Shown here piece after piece: positions 40,651 through 52,991 of a stretch of 64,000 nt of DNA (positions within the stretch are counted from its first letter, which is position 1; the number at the start of each line of letters is the position of its first letter). The position numbers were made by a program, and so were the translations under genes. Source of the DNA: Rhizophagus irregularis (Eukaryota); assembly GCF_026210795.1 (NCBI RefSeq), contig NC_089430.1, positions 434,001 to 498,000 on the forward strand, in the 5' to 3' direction. The notes beneath the pieces are model-generated. The model was not told the origin of the DNA. It searched no databases and saw only the letters and a program-made list of their open reading frames with translations.

Positions 40651-42648
40651 TAAAATGTTTTTATTTTTTGATAGATATAAATCAATTCTTTAATACAGAC
40701 CCCAGCGAAAAGAATGGCGGTCAGTTTTTTCGATATCACAAATGCAATTTATAGTAAAATATGAAATTTTTTTATTTTCTGAGAGGAACAGAAAATACAT
40801 ATATTTCATTATTTAACTAATATTTGATTCCGTGTCAATAAATGCTTCAATTTAGTATTGTGTATTACTTTTGCTGAAACCTCTGATTTAGCAACCTTAA
40901 CGATACTACCATGTGACTATTATGTGAGTGATGTGACTATATGGTAGACTCCTAGTGGCATTTTTTTTGTTTTGACTGTCTAGTGATGGTAAAAATTAAT
41001 TTATATAAAATAATTACATAAAATTATTTGGCTTTGTACACACTTGAAATTATCAATCATATTACAATCCAAGTATTCACTTCTTCCTGATTAACTCTTT
41101 ATTAGTCACTTTTATTATATACTTGTGAATAAGAAATTAAGAATCTATAAATTCCATAATGATATTGCTTTTTAATTCTTCAGCAATCTTATCACTATAA
41201 CATTGAGGATGGCAAATACATTTTTGGATAATATTTAAAACTTCTAATGGATCCTCATCGTAAATTCCCACATGATCATACGGGAGTTATAGATAGTATA
41301 ACATAATAAATATTTTTTCTTTTTTAAAAAATGAGTTTACAGGTTGAAATAATCTAAAATTGCTAATATAGATCACATTATGTAAATAATGTTTAATTTG
41401 CGACTGACGCACTAAACTCGGCAATTTCGGAATATTCGGCCTTCGGCCAATCATTCCAAAACGAAACTCCAGCCGAAAGTCGCCGAAATTTTCTGGCCAG
41501 CATTATTCATTTTGACCCGCATTATAAATTTGTGTAACACAAAATTTCATCGCAGGCATGAAAATTTCTGTGTAACATTCTTTCCCGTGGCGGCGTGGCT
41601 AAACTTTATCCGATGTCATGTGATATATGATTCTGGCCAGAACTAAAAATTTGGCCAGAATTATAAAATAGTTTTGGACATTGATCTTTTGGGTTTCCGT
41701 CAGGTGTTGATTGATATTTGACGCGCGTCAACCTGTGTCGCACAATCAAGTCTTCCATAATAGACACTTTTTTTTATTAATGAAATTACTTGTTATTTAC
41801 CTGTTATTTAGGATTGTAATGTGATAAATAAATTTATTTAATAACAAAAATTTACTGAGAGAAAATTTAACGATTCAATCAATTATATCTGACGCATGTC
41901 GGTTATCACGGTTATCACCTGACGCGAATCGACACTTGAGGCATAATAACACTCAATAAATTAATATTCCAAAGCCTTATTTTATAAAATATATATAAAA
42001 ATATTATGTAACTATACCAGGATACGATTTTCAGTAAATTTTCTCAACTTCATAAAATATTCATCATAAATGGATTCTTTAATTCCGTAATGAAAGTTTT
42101 TTTTTTTTTGAAGAATCTAAATTCTAACATCTTTACGAAATTCTGGGGAGTATCATTATTTATCATTATGATTTGATTATACTTTTTCGTCTTTTTCCAT
42201 AAATAATTCGTACCATAAATAATTCGATAAATAAGATTATTTCATGTTTCATGCCAGAAATATTTTAAGGTACTGTATTTCAAAATAAAAATTATAAACA
42301 AATGCAAAATAAATAAAATAAACAACCTATTTTTATTTAACTAATTAATGTATTATTTACACTAATACAGTAATTATATCAATACGATATATTTCTAATA
42401 AATAAGAAGTAAATATAAAAAGGTTCCAAAAAAACACAAACTTCGATCCAAAAATCAATAAAAGAAAAATCAAACCAATATTTATATATTCTGAATTTAA
42501 TCTTGTAAATAAAATAATATCATAAAATATTTATGGAAAATCAAGCTTAATAAGTTTTGGTCGATAAACTGTCAAGATATGCTATAAGCTTAGTTAAAAT
42601 AATTTACATTTGTAATTTTAAATCATTCATTTGTAAAATGATTAAAGC

Positions 42649-45600
42649 TCATAAACTATAATGTAAAATAGGAATGAGAAATGAACAAAAAAGAAAAGGT
42701 AACATAATATAAAAATGCAACTTTATAAAATCAGTAATTTCTACGGTATCATATTTCGAAAGATTATTTGTATAAGGGTTAAGTAATCGAGATGTATATA
42801 TAGCTTGTGTGTGAGTAATTAATTGGTTATTTTTAATTGATAAAATATTTTTTCTTCTATATCTTTGTGTCTCATTAAATTGCTTTTCAATTTCATAATG
42901 TTGCTGTACTTTTTTTTCAAATTGTTGATCTAACGAATAATAAAATAGATTAATCAATTCATTTATTTCAATAGAATTTGGTCTATTGTCTGGATTTGAA
43001 TCCCAACATCTTTTCATTAAATCAACATAACATTTTGGTATAATTTTTTCATTTATTTCAGGTCTAATCTCGTTATATATACTTAGTGCTAAAACTCCAT
43101 CATGAGCACAATCAATAAAAGGTTGTTGTCCAGTTGCTACAACATACATAATCATACCAAAGCTATATACATCTGCTGCTTGAGTATAAGTTTTTCCTCT
43201 TAACACTTCAGGAGCTACATAAGGCATAACTCCATAAATACTTGTATCATTAATATCATCAATTTTTTTACATAATCCCATATCAGAAATACATGCATCA
43301 TATTTGTGAGGATCGTAAGAATATGAGTATGTTAAAGTTTTAATAAATAATATATTTCCTACATGAAAATCCCGATGAACCATCTGTTTTTGATGAATTT
43401 CACTAAGACCCTTAATAATATTAGTTAATACTTTTAATCCATTAAACCAATCAAAATTTTCATAGTTTTTATCTAAATAATTATTAAAATTTCCACCTTC
43501 TGCATATTCAAGAACCATAATGTAATCTTTCGTATTTGGATTTTGAGATATTCCATATATTTTAAGGATATTTTTTATATTTTGATTCGGATATGCTTTA
43601 ACCTATTAAATAATATTAGTCAACAAATGTGTATAAATTATTTTGCTAAAAAATTATAAAGAAATTATTACCTCATTTATAAATTCATCAATAAAATTTT
43701 GTGAATTGTGTAAACATTTTAAAGCAACTCTTGTATTCGATTTTCTTTCCCAACTTTCTTTACTATAATATAATAAACCATTTTTCCATATTGCTGAATA
43801 TATTGTAGAAAAACCACCTTTACCTATTTCTTCAACATCTTTAAACTGATTATATGGTATCCATTCAAATATAATACTAGAGTGAATAGAGTTATGATCA
43901 ATATTTAATTTCATCTCTTGAATTAAATTATTAATTTTGCTATTTTCATGATTTGTTTGACATGACATACAGCTTTTATTATCTATTTCAAATTTGTAAT
44001 TATATTTTTCACCACAGTTTTCACAGTGATATCCAACTTTATAAACTAAAATATAATCTTTTGTATTTGGATTTTGAGATATTCCATAACTATTTTCCAT
44101 TAAATATGTAATCTGTTAAATATAATGAATTGTTATATTAATAGTTGTTAATAATTAAACTAAACTAATAGAAAACTCATACCTTATTTAAAAATTCATT
44201 ATTAATATTTTGAGAGTTATGTAGATATTTTAAAAGTATCTTTTCATTTGATTTTCTTTTTCTATTATATAATGGACCATCATTCCATATTGCAATGGCA
44301 AAGTTATCTATTCTTATTTCTCTAATATCAACAAATCTATCATATGGTATCCATTCAAATAGAAAACCATAAGATTCATTAACTTTTAATTGCATCTTTT
44401 GAATAAAATTATCAATTTTTTCATTTCCAGTCCACTTATTAAAATTATCTTTTAAACATAGATTACACAGTCCTCTTTCATATTTATTACCACATTTTTT
44501 ACAATATTGTTTAAGATAATTTTTGGAAAAAACCAAAATATAATCTTTTGTGTCCGGATTTTGAGACATTCCATAATATTCTATATAGCCATTAATTAAG
44601 TATGACTCAATCTATCAAATATCAAAATAAAAAAAAGATCAATATTGCATTAATGTTTTAATCAATTGACAGATTATTTTACCTTATTGATAACTTCATC
44701 AGTAGTATCTCGCGAGTTATGCAAATATCTTAAACAAACTATTTTGTATGATATTCTTATCCATTTTGCCTCACTAGTGTCATAGTAAAATGGACCTTCC
44801 TTACATACTACTGTAGCCAAGCAATTATCTTCTATTTCTTTAACATTAATAAACTCATTATATGGTATCCATTCAAATACAGGATTCTCAGGTTTTAATC
44901 GCATCTTTTGTATGAAGTCATCAATTTTTTCATTTCCACTAGTCCGGCTTATAAAATCATTTTTTAGGCAATTCATACATGATTTACACCATTTATCCAA
45001 TATGGTACTTTTATATTTATTACCACATTTTTTACAATAAAGTTTAATATAATTAGCTTTAACAACTAAAATATAATCTTTTGTGTCTGGATTTTGAGAT
45101 ATTCCATAACTTGGACAATCATAATAACCAAGTAAATATGATTTAATCTAACAAAAATATCAAAATGAAAAAGATCAATATTGTACTAATACTTTAATCA
45201 GTTAACAGATTATTTATACCTTATTGATAACTTCATCGGTAAAATCTTGCAAGTTATGTAGATAATTTAAACAAACTTTTACATATGATTCTCTTGTCCA
45301 TTCTCTTCTATCAGTGTCATAATATAATGGACCATCCCTCCATATCGTTGTAGTCAAACTATCACCTATTTCTTTAACATTGATAAACTCATTATATGGT
45401 ATCCATTCATATACAGTATCATCAGGTTTATTAATTTTTAATCGCATTTCTTGAATGAGGCCATCAATTTTTTCATTTCCACTAGTTCGGTTTGTAAAAT
45501 TAGTTTTTAGGTAATTTATATGACATGGTTTACACCATTTATCCCGTTCACTTCCATATTTATTACCACATTTTTTACAATACAATTTAATATATTCAAT

Positions 45601-46629
45601 TTTAAAAACCAATATATAATCTTTTGTATCTGGATTTTGAGATATTCCATAACTTGGACAACCATAATGACCAAGTAAATATGATTTAATCTATCACAAT
45701 ATCAAAATAAAATAAATCAATATTGTATTAATATTTTAATCAATTACAAATTATTTATACCTTATTGATAACTTCGTCAGTAATATCTTGCAAGTTATGT
45801 AGATATTTTAAACAAACTTTTTCATATGCTTCTTTTACCCATTCTTTTTTATTAGTGTCATAATATAATGGACCATCCTTCCACATTGCTGTATTCAAAC
45901 AATCATCTCCTACTCCTTTAACATTGATGAACTCATTATATGGTATCCATTCAAATAGAGAATCATTAGAGTAATTAATTTTTAATTGCATTTTTTGAAT
46001 AAAATCATCAATTTTTTCATTTCCACTTGTCCAGTTTGTAAAATTATTTTTTATTTGACATGCTTTACACCATTTATCTCGTATACTTACACATTCTTTA
46101 CCACATTTTTCACAACACAGTCGTTCAAGATAATTTTGAGGAAATACAAAAATATAATCACTTGTGTCTGGATTTTGAGATAATCCATATTTTTTATCAG
46201 TATATGATCTGGTCTACAAAAATACAAAAAAAAAAATTTAACATACATGTATATAACAAAATTCTAATTAAAATTCATAGAAAGATTTAATACCTTATTT
46301 ATAAATTCGTCAGAAATATTTTGAGAGTCATATAAAAACTTCAATACAACCTTTTCATACGATATTCTTATCCATTCATTTACACAATAATGCAATGAAC
46401 CTTCTTTCCATATTGCTGTGGCTAAACCATTATTTCCTATTTTTTTAATATCAATAAGTTCACTATACGGTATCCATTCAAATACTACGCCAAATCCATT
46501 GTACTTTAATTGCTTTTCTTGAATGAGGTTATCAAATATTTCATTCCCACTAGTCCAATTTGCAAAATTTTTTGCAATAATTTCCTTTCCACTGTCTAGG
46601 TCTAGAGAATTTTTTGTAAGATATTCCAT
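42649..46629 (-). CDS. TKL protein kinase with six tandem N-lobe modules, 7 main exons, apparently intact
   Basis: Exons approx. 46629-46294, 46213-45760, 45690-45219, 45147-44683, 44611-44183, 44113-43672, 43603-42649. Only module 6 has IGKGGFS; C-lobe has HRDFHVGN, DMG, YVAPE. Confidence 0.88.
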
Positions 46630-46684
46630 AGAATATTAATTTTTGAGCAAACTCTTCAATTTAAATGGCGTGAAGAAAGACGCT

Positions 46685-47253
46685 AAATTTGGTTAAAAAG
46701 GAAATATGGCGTAATAATAAACTACAACGCAAGATCGTCACATGTAATGTATACATAATATTATACGTTACACAATTAAAATCTAATTGTATTAGTCTAT
46801 TTTTGTAGCATATTAATTTTTGACAAATGTAAAAATTGAGATTTACGTAATTAAGCAAAAACATTTATCAATTTATTATTTAAAATTATTAATCGAATTT
46901 TAAAAGTTCGCCTTGCGTCCTCACATATTTGAGTATTCTTATACGTACGGTTAAAAACTTTGTTCCGTATCATACAAAGATGATGACCGTCATATTCTTG
47001 AAGTTTTCTTAATAAAATTGTATATCTCTAAACGTGCGTTCCTCAAACTCTTCTAGATGTTTAACCGTCATCGTTCACGCGGTCGCTTTCAGATGTCACC
47101 TGAACATATGCTGATTAAAAAAAAATTTGTATAACTGATAACTTGAATTGTGTAACGTATGATATCATATATACAGTTACCTTGTGACGATCTTGTTATA
47201 TCTCAGTACCTATGCGTTTCTGTAGTATAACATTACGATCGTTAACCAAATTT
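46685..47253. repeat. Long imperfect inverted repeat (~100-bp arms) upstream of the kinase start
   Basis: aagatcgtcacatgtaatgtatacataatattatacgttacacaatt (46731-46777) pairs with aattgtgtaacgtatgatatcatatatacagttaccttgtgacgatctt (~47146-47194); similarity extends outward to aaatttggttaa / ttaaccaaattt. Confidence 0.7.
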
Positions 47254-49180
47254 GTTTAATATACAATATATATAACAACATTTAGTACTACCATACCTTC
47301 TATCTGGCAAGGAAATGAAATCAAGTTGTTATTAAATATTTGAGATGTTTATGAAATTAGAATGAAGACAATAGAAGAGATGATGATGATATTGCTTTTT
47401 TTTAGACCTAAGTAAATGAAACAACCAAAGAAAGTATCTTCTCAAAAAACAACAAGTTAATTTAGATCAAATAATTTCAGCATTCTGTTACAAGCACCAC
47501 ATAATAAAATAAAAAAAAATAAAGTTTCGTAAGAAAAAACCCTTTCCTCTCTTTCATCCTTCCCTTCCTCCCTTTTTATCATTATTTGTATTTTTTTTTT
47601 CCATTATCAATCATTTAATCTTATGAGTTTTTGTCATTTCTAAGATGGTTCTTCTTATTGACCTTTGTTAAGAAATAATTATTTTTTCATATTTAATTTC
47701 TATACTTAAAGTACTTTAGTAAAAAAAAAAAGAAAGAAAATAATAATAAAGCCAAAAATTCTAACTTGATTTTTTTTTTCAAAAATTAAGTGCGAGTGGT
47801 GTGAGTGGTGTGTTTGCGTGTCTAATTTCTAACACAAAGCGAAGATAATGTAATCTGGGTGTATCTCTGCTCACTAACGTGATCGTCAGCTCACAATTAG
47901 CGTTTCTTAGTATTATTATGATTTATTTAAATTTTTAGTATAACTTTGTATTTCTGTTTTTAATGTAAGTACACAAAGTTGTAAGATTCTTAATAATTAT
48001 TTAGTCCATTACTAGTTGTACCATGTTGCAATGTTGCATGATGAAATTTCGGTATACTGTATATATTATATAATATTAATTTAGTGATAATCGAACAATA
48101 ATTGCAACTTCAACAGCTGCAGAAAGAGTTACAAAAGCAGTAACAACTCATCAATAATTTGGAACAGGTTGAGGTCTTCCAGGACCAATGTATACAAGAC
48201 TTGAAGAGATAGAAAGATTTTTATTTATTTATATCATAATTTCATAGTTGGAATTATAATGTGAGTAAAAAATAAACTTTACCATATTGAATAAGATAAA
48301 TTATAGGAAAACTGATGCTTTATATACTTATTTTCACATAAAATAGGTATGGTGACAACGTTGTAAATGAATTTTTTTTTATTAGTATTAATATTAAATA
48401 AAAAGAACAACATTAAAATAAGTATTGATTATACTTATTATTTAAGAAAAAATTATTTCTAGTTCGAAAATTTTTAATTTTATTTTTTTTGGCCAGGTAC
48501 AGTATATCTTTTTTATTTTATGTAAAAAAATATACTTCTATATATTCAATGTCACGACTGTCACGTTTAGACTTACCCTAATTTTGAATTGTGTAACATA
48601 TTGCGTCTGCGCCTGACCTGGTAGTAAAGGATTTTGTTGCGTTCAGCATAGTTAAAAGTGATTCGATCAAAAATTCATAGCTTAATGCTATTTTTCGTTG
48701 ATTACTAATATTTATATTTGAATTGATCGTTTTTATTTATTTATTTATTAATTCGTTTGCAGTTTTTAGGAACCATTTTTTTTAATTTGTTACTTGATTT
48801 CTTTTGTTATTCATTTCCAATAAATGGTATCTTTATTTATTTTTTTTTAAAATGGTTCTCTTTTATAGTGGGGGAACTCACTATAGCAAATAGCAAATAA
48901 AGATAAAATTTTCACTATATCCACTATACCAAAATTTATTATAATCACGTGACTTACATATATTTTAATTGACTAAAAAATAGAACAAATTGATATAGCA
49001 AAAAAAATCTGACATTCTTCTTTGATAAAAGTCTAACTCATTAAAATATGAATTTTTAACATTGTAAAAATTTTGCATATGACAAATATCATATGTATCA
49101 TGTGATAAAAATTTATTATGATCTAACTTTAAAAATTCGTTATAGTGAAAATCTTCACTATAACAAAGGTCATTTTATTA

Positions 49181-51342
49181 GGATGCGAGAACGAAACTTT
49201 CCCCGTCGATCTCTTAAACCAAATTTTTTGGAAGAAATAATTTTTATTTTTACTGACGAAGCTATATAATATGGAACCAACAGTGGAAGTAAAAGATGAA
49301 GAGGTGATGACGTGGGTTAACGACAACAAAAAGAAATATATTAAAGCATTTTTCGAATATTTTCATGATATTTACGACGAATATTTAGTAAAGATTGTAG
49401 AGTGTAAAAAAATAGAAGAGTATACAGAGGTAGAAAGAAAGCTTATGGGACCGGACCCTCTTTCAAAACCAGGAAAAATACCAACACGCCTCAACAAACC
49501 AACGACGAAAGTACTTGCAGTATATTATTTTATATCTTTATTCCTAATAAAACGGGCAGGACAGGGATTAAATTTACTCTTAGAAGGAATAATATATCGT
49601 GCGAGAGTTGCTGCGCTTAATTATGAACAAATCAAAAAGGAGAACGCAGAAATTTTGGATAATTTTGAAAAATTGGAAAAAAGAGTGGGCGATAGTGATC
49701 TAACAAGTGGACTATTGATTGCAGATCTGGAAAATCGAATTCGAAATTTAGAAGCTGATGTAATAGCAAAGGAACGAATTATATTGGAGAAAAATGAAGC
49801 AAATAATATTTTATGGGAAAAAATAAAAGTATTAGAAGAAAAAGAGGAACTGCCAACGAGTAATTCGACAAATATGGATTTGGAGGAACAGCCAACGAGT
49901 AATTTGAAAAAGAAAAAACGCCCAAACAAAAAAAGGAAACGGGCGCGCGCTAATCATATCAGAAATGGGACGATCAACGAAATCGATTTGGGAACGATCG
50001 GAGATAATAATGATAAAGATTATCTGGATAAATATTATGCTGAAAGGTCACGTGATATTACATTTTATGATATACCAGCGTATTGGACTGACAAGGAGAT
50101 TTTTGATCTATTGAACGACAATGTGGGTCACGTTGAGTATATGTGGACTAAACGATGTCATAAGTACAAGACCGTTAAGACAATGCTGCGCTTCAGCAAA
50201 GAGTACGAAAAGATATACAAAGAGGGTGGCGTTAACGTGTCTTTACCAAGGAAAAATCGTACTTATTTTATACGAATGTTTGATTCATGCTTACAATACG
50301 CTGAGATTAAACATAAATTCCGTTGGCAAGCTGTTAAACGAATAACAGATAGTGAAACTCAATATGATGATGTTAATATAATCAAAGACTTTGTGAAGAC
50401 ATACCGTGGTTTTTTTGGAAAAATCATTAGAGTTAAAGGAATACGGTTTTTAATTTTATATTTTAATAAGGAAAAGGAATTGCTGAACGCGATTACGGAA
50501 TCGATGAAAGTTTACAATATAGGACAGGAATTTTTACTTAAGAAAGAGAATGATTGTATAGACGAAAATGGCGATATACAAGAATTGAATAGAAGACCGC
50601 CGTGGAGAAGAAGACTAAATGATTTTATCGATGATAATAGATATATACGAGAATATTCACGAGGGACGAATAATTGGAACAGGGCCTCAAGACCGTCTAG
50701 ACAAGAATATAATAGGGGAACGAACAATCGGTATAGAGATTCAAGAACATATGATTCTCGGATGGAGTGGGAACAACAACGTGACGAATATACGCATTCC
50801 GCTTTGTTAAGAATGAACAAACAATGGAGATAATTCATGAGATTTATGGAAAAAGAGAAAGTTCTATAAATAAAAATAAAGGAAAAATTAATAAAAAATA
50901 TAGTAAAATAGATAAAAAAGACTAAAAACATATATAAAATCGCAAGTAAGGTAACGTATTTAGAATAGGTAGATCTAGATTAGCATCATAATAGTATATT
51001 TATTTTATAATTTGCTTTTGTTAGTACGTGATTTAACAAATTCACTAGTCGCATACAACCAATTAACGATAGCTTTAACAAAATTTTACGATTAGATTAG
51101 TTAAATACAAGATAGTGATAGTATAAAATGTAACAGTATAGCAGTATAGTTTTGAAATTCATTGGTTATGTTTATTCGCGCCTTGGTTAGATAACCCATG
51201 GCTTTGGTATGAAGGGATTCCTTGTCTTTAGACATTGAATTTCAAGTATTGATATTATAATTATTTTGTATTATGATGCGTTATATATACTAATAAAGTA
51301 ATAAAATACGTTTTACCAAAAAAAAAAAAAAAAAAAAAAAAA
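49181..51342 (+). mobile_element. Retroposed non-LTR element encoding only an ORF1-like protein; poly(A) tail and 16-bp TSD
   Basis: AAAGGTCATTTTATTA at 49165-49180 and again at 51340-51355; AATAAA at 51292; A-run 51318-51342; single intronless ORF. Confidence 0.9.
49271..50833 (+). CDS. 520-aa ORF1/gag-like protein: coiled coil, basic patch, RRM-like domain, R/N/Y-rich tail
   Basis: Heptad-rich IADLENRIRNLEADVIAKE..; KKKKRPNKKRKRAR; RDITFYDIPAYWTDKEIFDLL..KTVKTMLRF; repeated EY(S/N)RGTNN. No RT or endonuclease motifs seen. Confidence 0.75.
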   Translation: MEPTVEVKDEEVMTWVNDNKKKYIKAFFEYFHDIYDEYLVKIVECKKIEEYTEVERKLMGPDPLSKPGKIPTRLNKPTTKVLAVYYFISLFLIKRAGQGLNLLLEGIIYRARVAALNYEQIKKENAEILDNFEKLEKRVGDSDLTSGLLIADLENRIRNLEADVIAKERIILEKNEANNILWEKIKVLEEKEELPTSNSTNMDLEEQPTSNLKKKKRPNKKRKRARANHIRNGTINEIDLGTIGDNNDKDYLDKYYAERSRDITFYDIPAYWTDKEIFDLLNDNVGHVEYMWTKRCHKYKTVKTMLRFSKEYEKIYKEGGVNVSLPRKNRTYFIRMFDSCLQYAEIKHKFRWQAVKRITDSETQYDDVNIIKDFVKTYRGFFGKIIRVKGIRFLILYFNKEKELLNAITESMKVYNIGQEFLLKKENDCIDENGDIQELNRRPPWRRRLNDFIDDNRYIREYSRGTNNWNRASRPSRQEYNRGTNNRYRDSRTYDSRMEWEQQRDEYTHSALLRMNKQWR

Positions 51343-51414
51343 GGTCATTTTATTAAACATTTAGGTTTTAATATAAAAATTCACTATATTGAATAGTTAT
51401 TGAATGAGGGAGTA

Positions 51415-51453
51415 GCTATATCGGTCACAGAACCGATATAGCCCCACATCTAA
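51415..51453 (+). other. 11-bp-stem hairpin followed by CTAA|T; candidate Helitron 3' end
   Basis: gctatatcggt-cacaga-accgatatagc cccacat CTAA t. Confidence 0.4.
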
Positions 51454-51835
51454 TAAGTGTGTTATCGCTCTGACGTTTTTGATCATGCATTAATTATTAA
51501 TAAGCTTTCTATAAATTTCATTTTTAATATTTTTAATCCATTTTATAAGCTTTATTTAAACTTTTCCTGCAAAAATATTTGCTATACCTAATAAAAATAT
51601 TGATCTATAAAAATTCTATTGGGCTGAATGATAACAACAAAAATTTGTTTGACGTATAATATTTATATTGTATGTTCTTGAGAAGTAAAATTTTATCATT
51701 AATTCATCATATCGAATTTTAATATATATCGGTATATTGATTATTATTATATTTTAATTTTAACATGCATGACGACAGTGAAGGTACAACACCATGTAGT
51801 AATCACTTTAAATTAAAGCAATAAAACTAAACATT

Positions 51836-52917
51836 CTAAAAGTTGAAACCTAATCCCATGCGTTGCGTGAGACCATCCCGCCTAAAAACAAATCTCGAAC
51901 TATTTAGGCATGACTGTATAAATAATTTCACGATATTACTATCCCTCCTGTATTGATCTTTCATTTTGAAAAATACCGTCTGTAAATACTGCCTCTTAGA
52001 GCCAGAGGTAGGAGTGTCAGTTTCATCATTGATCCTTGCTTTTGAGCGTTTGTGGTTATTAGTGCTCTCATTGTCACTGTCATTCGTTGGTGGCAGAGAG
52101 CACTTGATGAAAATATTGTTGCGTGAAAGAAATTTAGCATCTTTCTTGTTGATGTGAAATTCGTACTTGGATTGCATGTTGGAACAAACATCGCTAACGT
52201 GTGTAAAGGCACTGATGTTAGTAACGGGCGTTATTAAAATACTTGTGGAAAAAGTATTTGAGGTGTAGTGGGCGATGTTGATATGGAGGATGTAGATGAT
52301 GAAGTGGTTAATGTTGATGTTGAAGGTCCTGGATCATTGATAATGTTTTTGTCGACATCTTTGACTGACGGAGTGTGTTGAGGTGTATCGTTATTCATTT
52401 GTTGGGTATGTTGCGTTGCTTTTTGTGCTTGTTATTGTAATTTAGCTTCCTGTTGTTTTTGTTCATTAGCAAAGCAGCGTGCTGTGCCAGCTTTTTGTTG
52501 TTCACGAGCAGCTTTTTCTTTGGCTTCTCATTTGACACGTTTCTCTTGGATGTATGCCAGATCTTTCTTACGATCATGGTTTTCTTTCTCTATTAATTCT
52601 TGTTGTAAGCGTCTTTCTTCTTTCCGATGAGCAATTTTCAATTGTTGTCTACGTCCGACAGTTTTTCTTACATTTTTTGCCAATTTATGCTTAGGTGATA
52701 AAGGAGGATGAAGATGGCTAAAGAGTTTACGGGGAAGGTGTTGAATTTTTTTTAAGATCAAACGATTTTTGGGTACTGGATGGGTAAATGAACTATTGAG
52801 TTCAGGGAAACCCGTTACCTCACAAAATTGTTCATCCTCTGATGGATTGTTGACAACGACTTTATTATTTTGCTTCGTCCTTTGGATCTTCCTGGTCCCA
52901 AATGTGCCATCCTTCAT
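51836..52917 (-). pseudogene. Decayed intronless ORF downstream of the ORF1 homologue (likely part of the same retro-derived unit)
   Basis: Contiguous coding-like stretch (K/E/Q coiled coil, then S/T-rich, then KRSKAR) broken by stops and a frameshift; locally higher GC. Confidence 0.5.
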
Positions 52918-52991
52918 GATTAATTCATCTTTGCTTTCAGTTGAAACCCTTTTCCGATTTCATCCTCCATTGATTTTATATACTGCGTTCA

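Noticed and set aside
41050..41290. Possible kinase tail remnant (SEYLDC-like) on the minus strand
   Set aside because: Too degraded to support
49621..50931. Antisense and alternative-frame ORFs within the 520-aa ORF
   Set aside because: Shadow ORFs of a purine-rich coding strand
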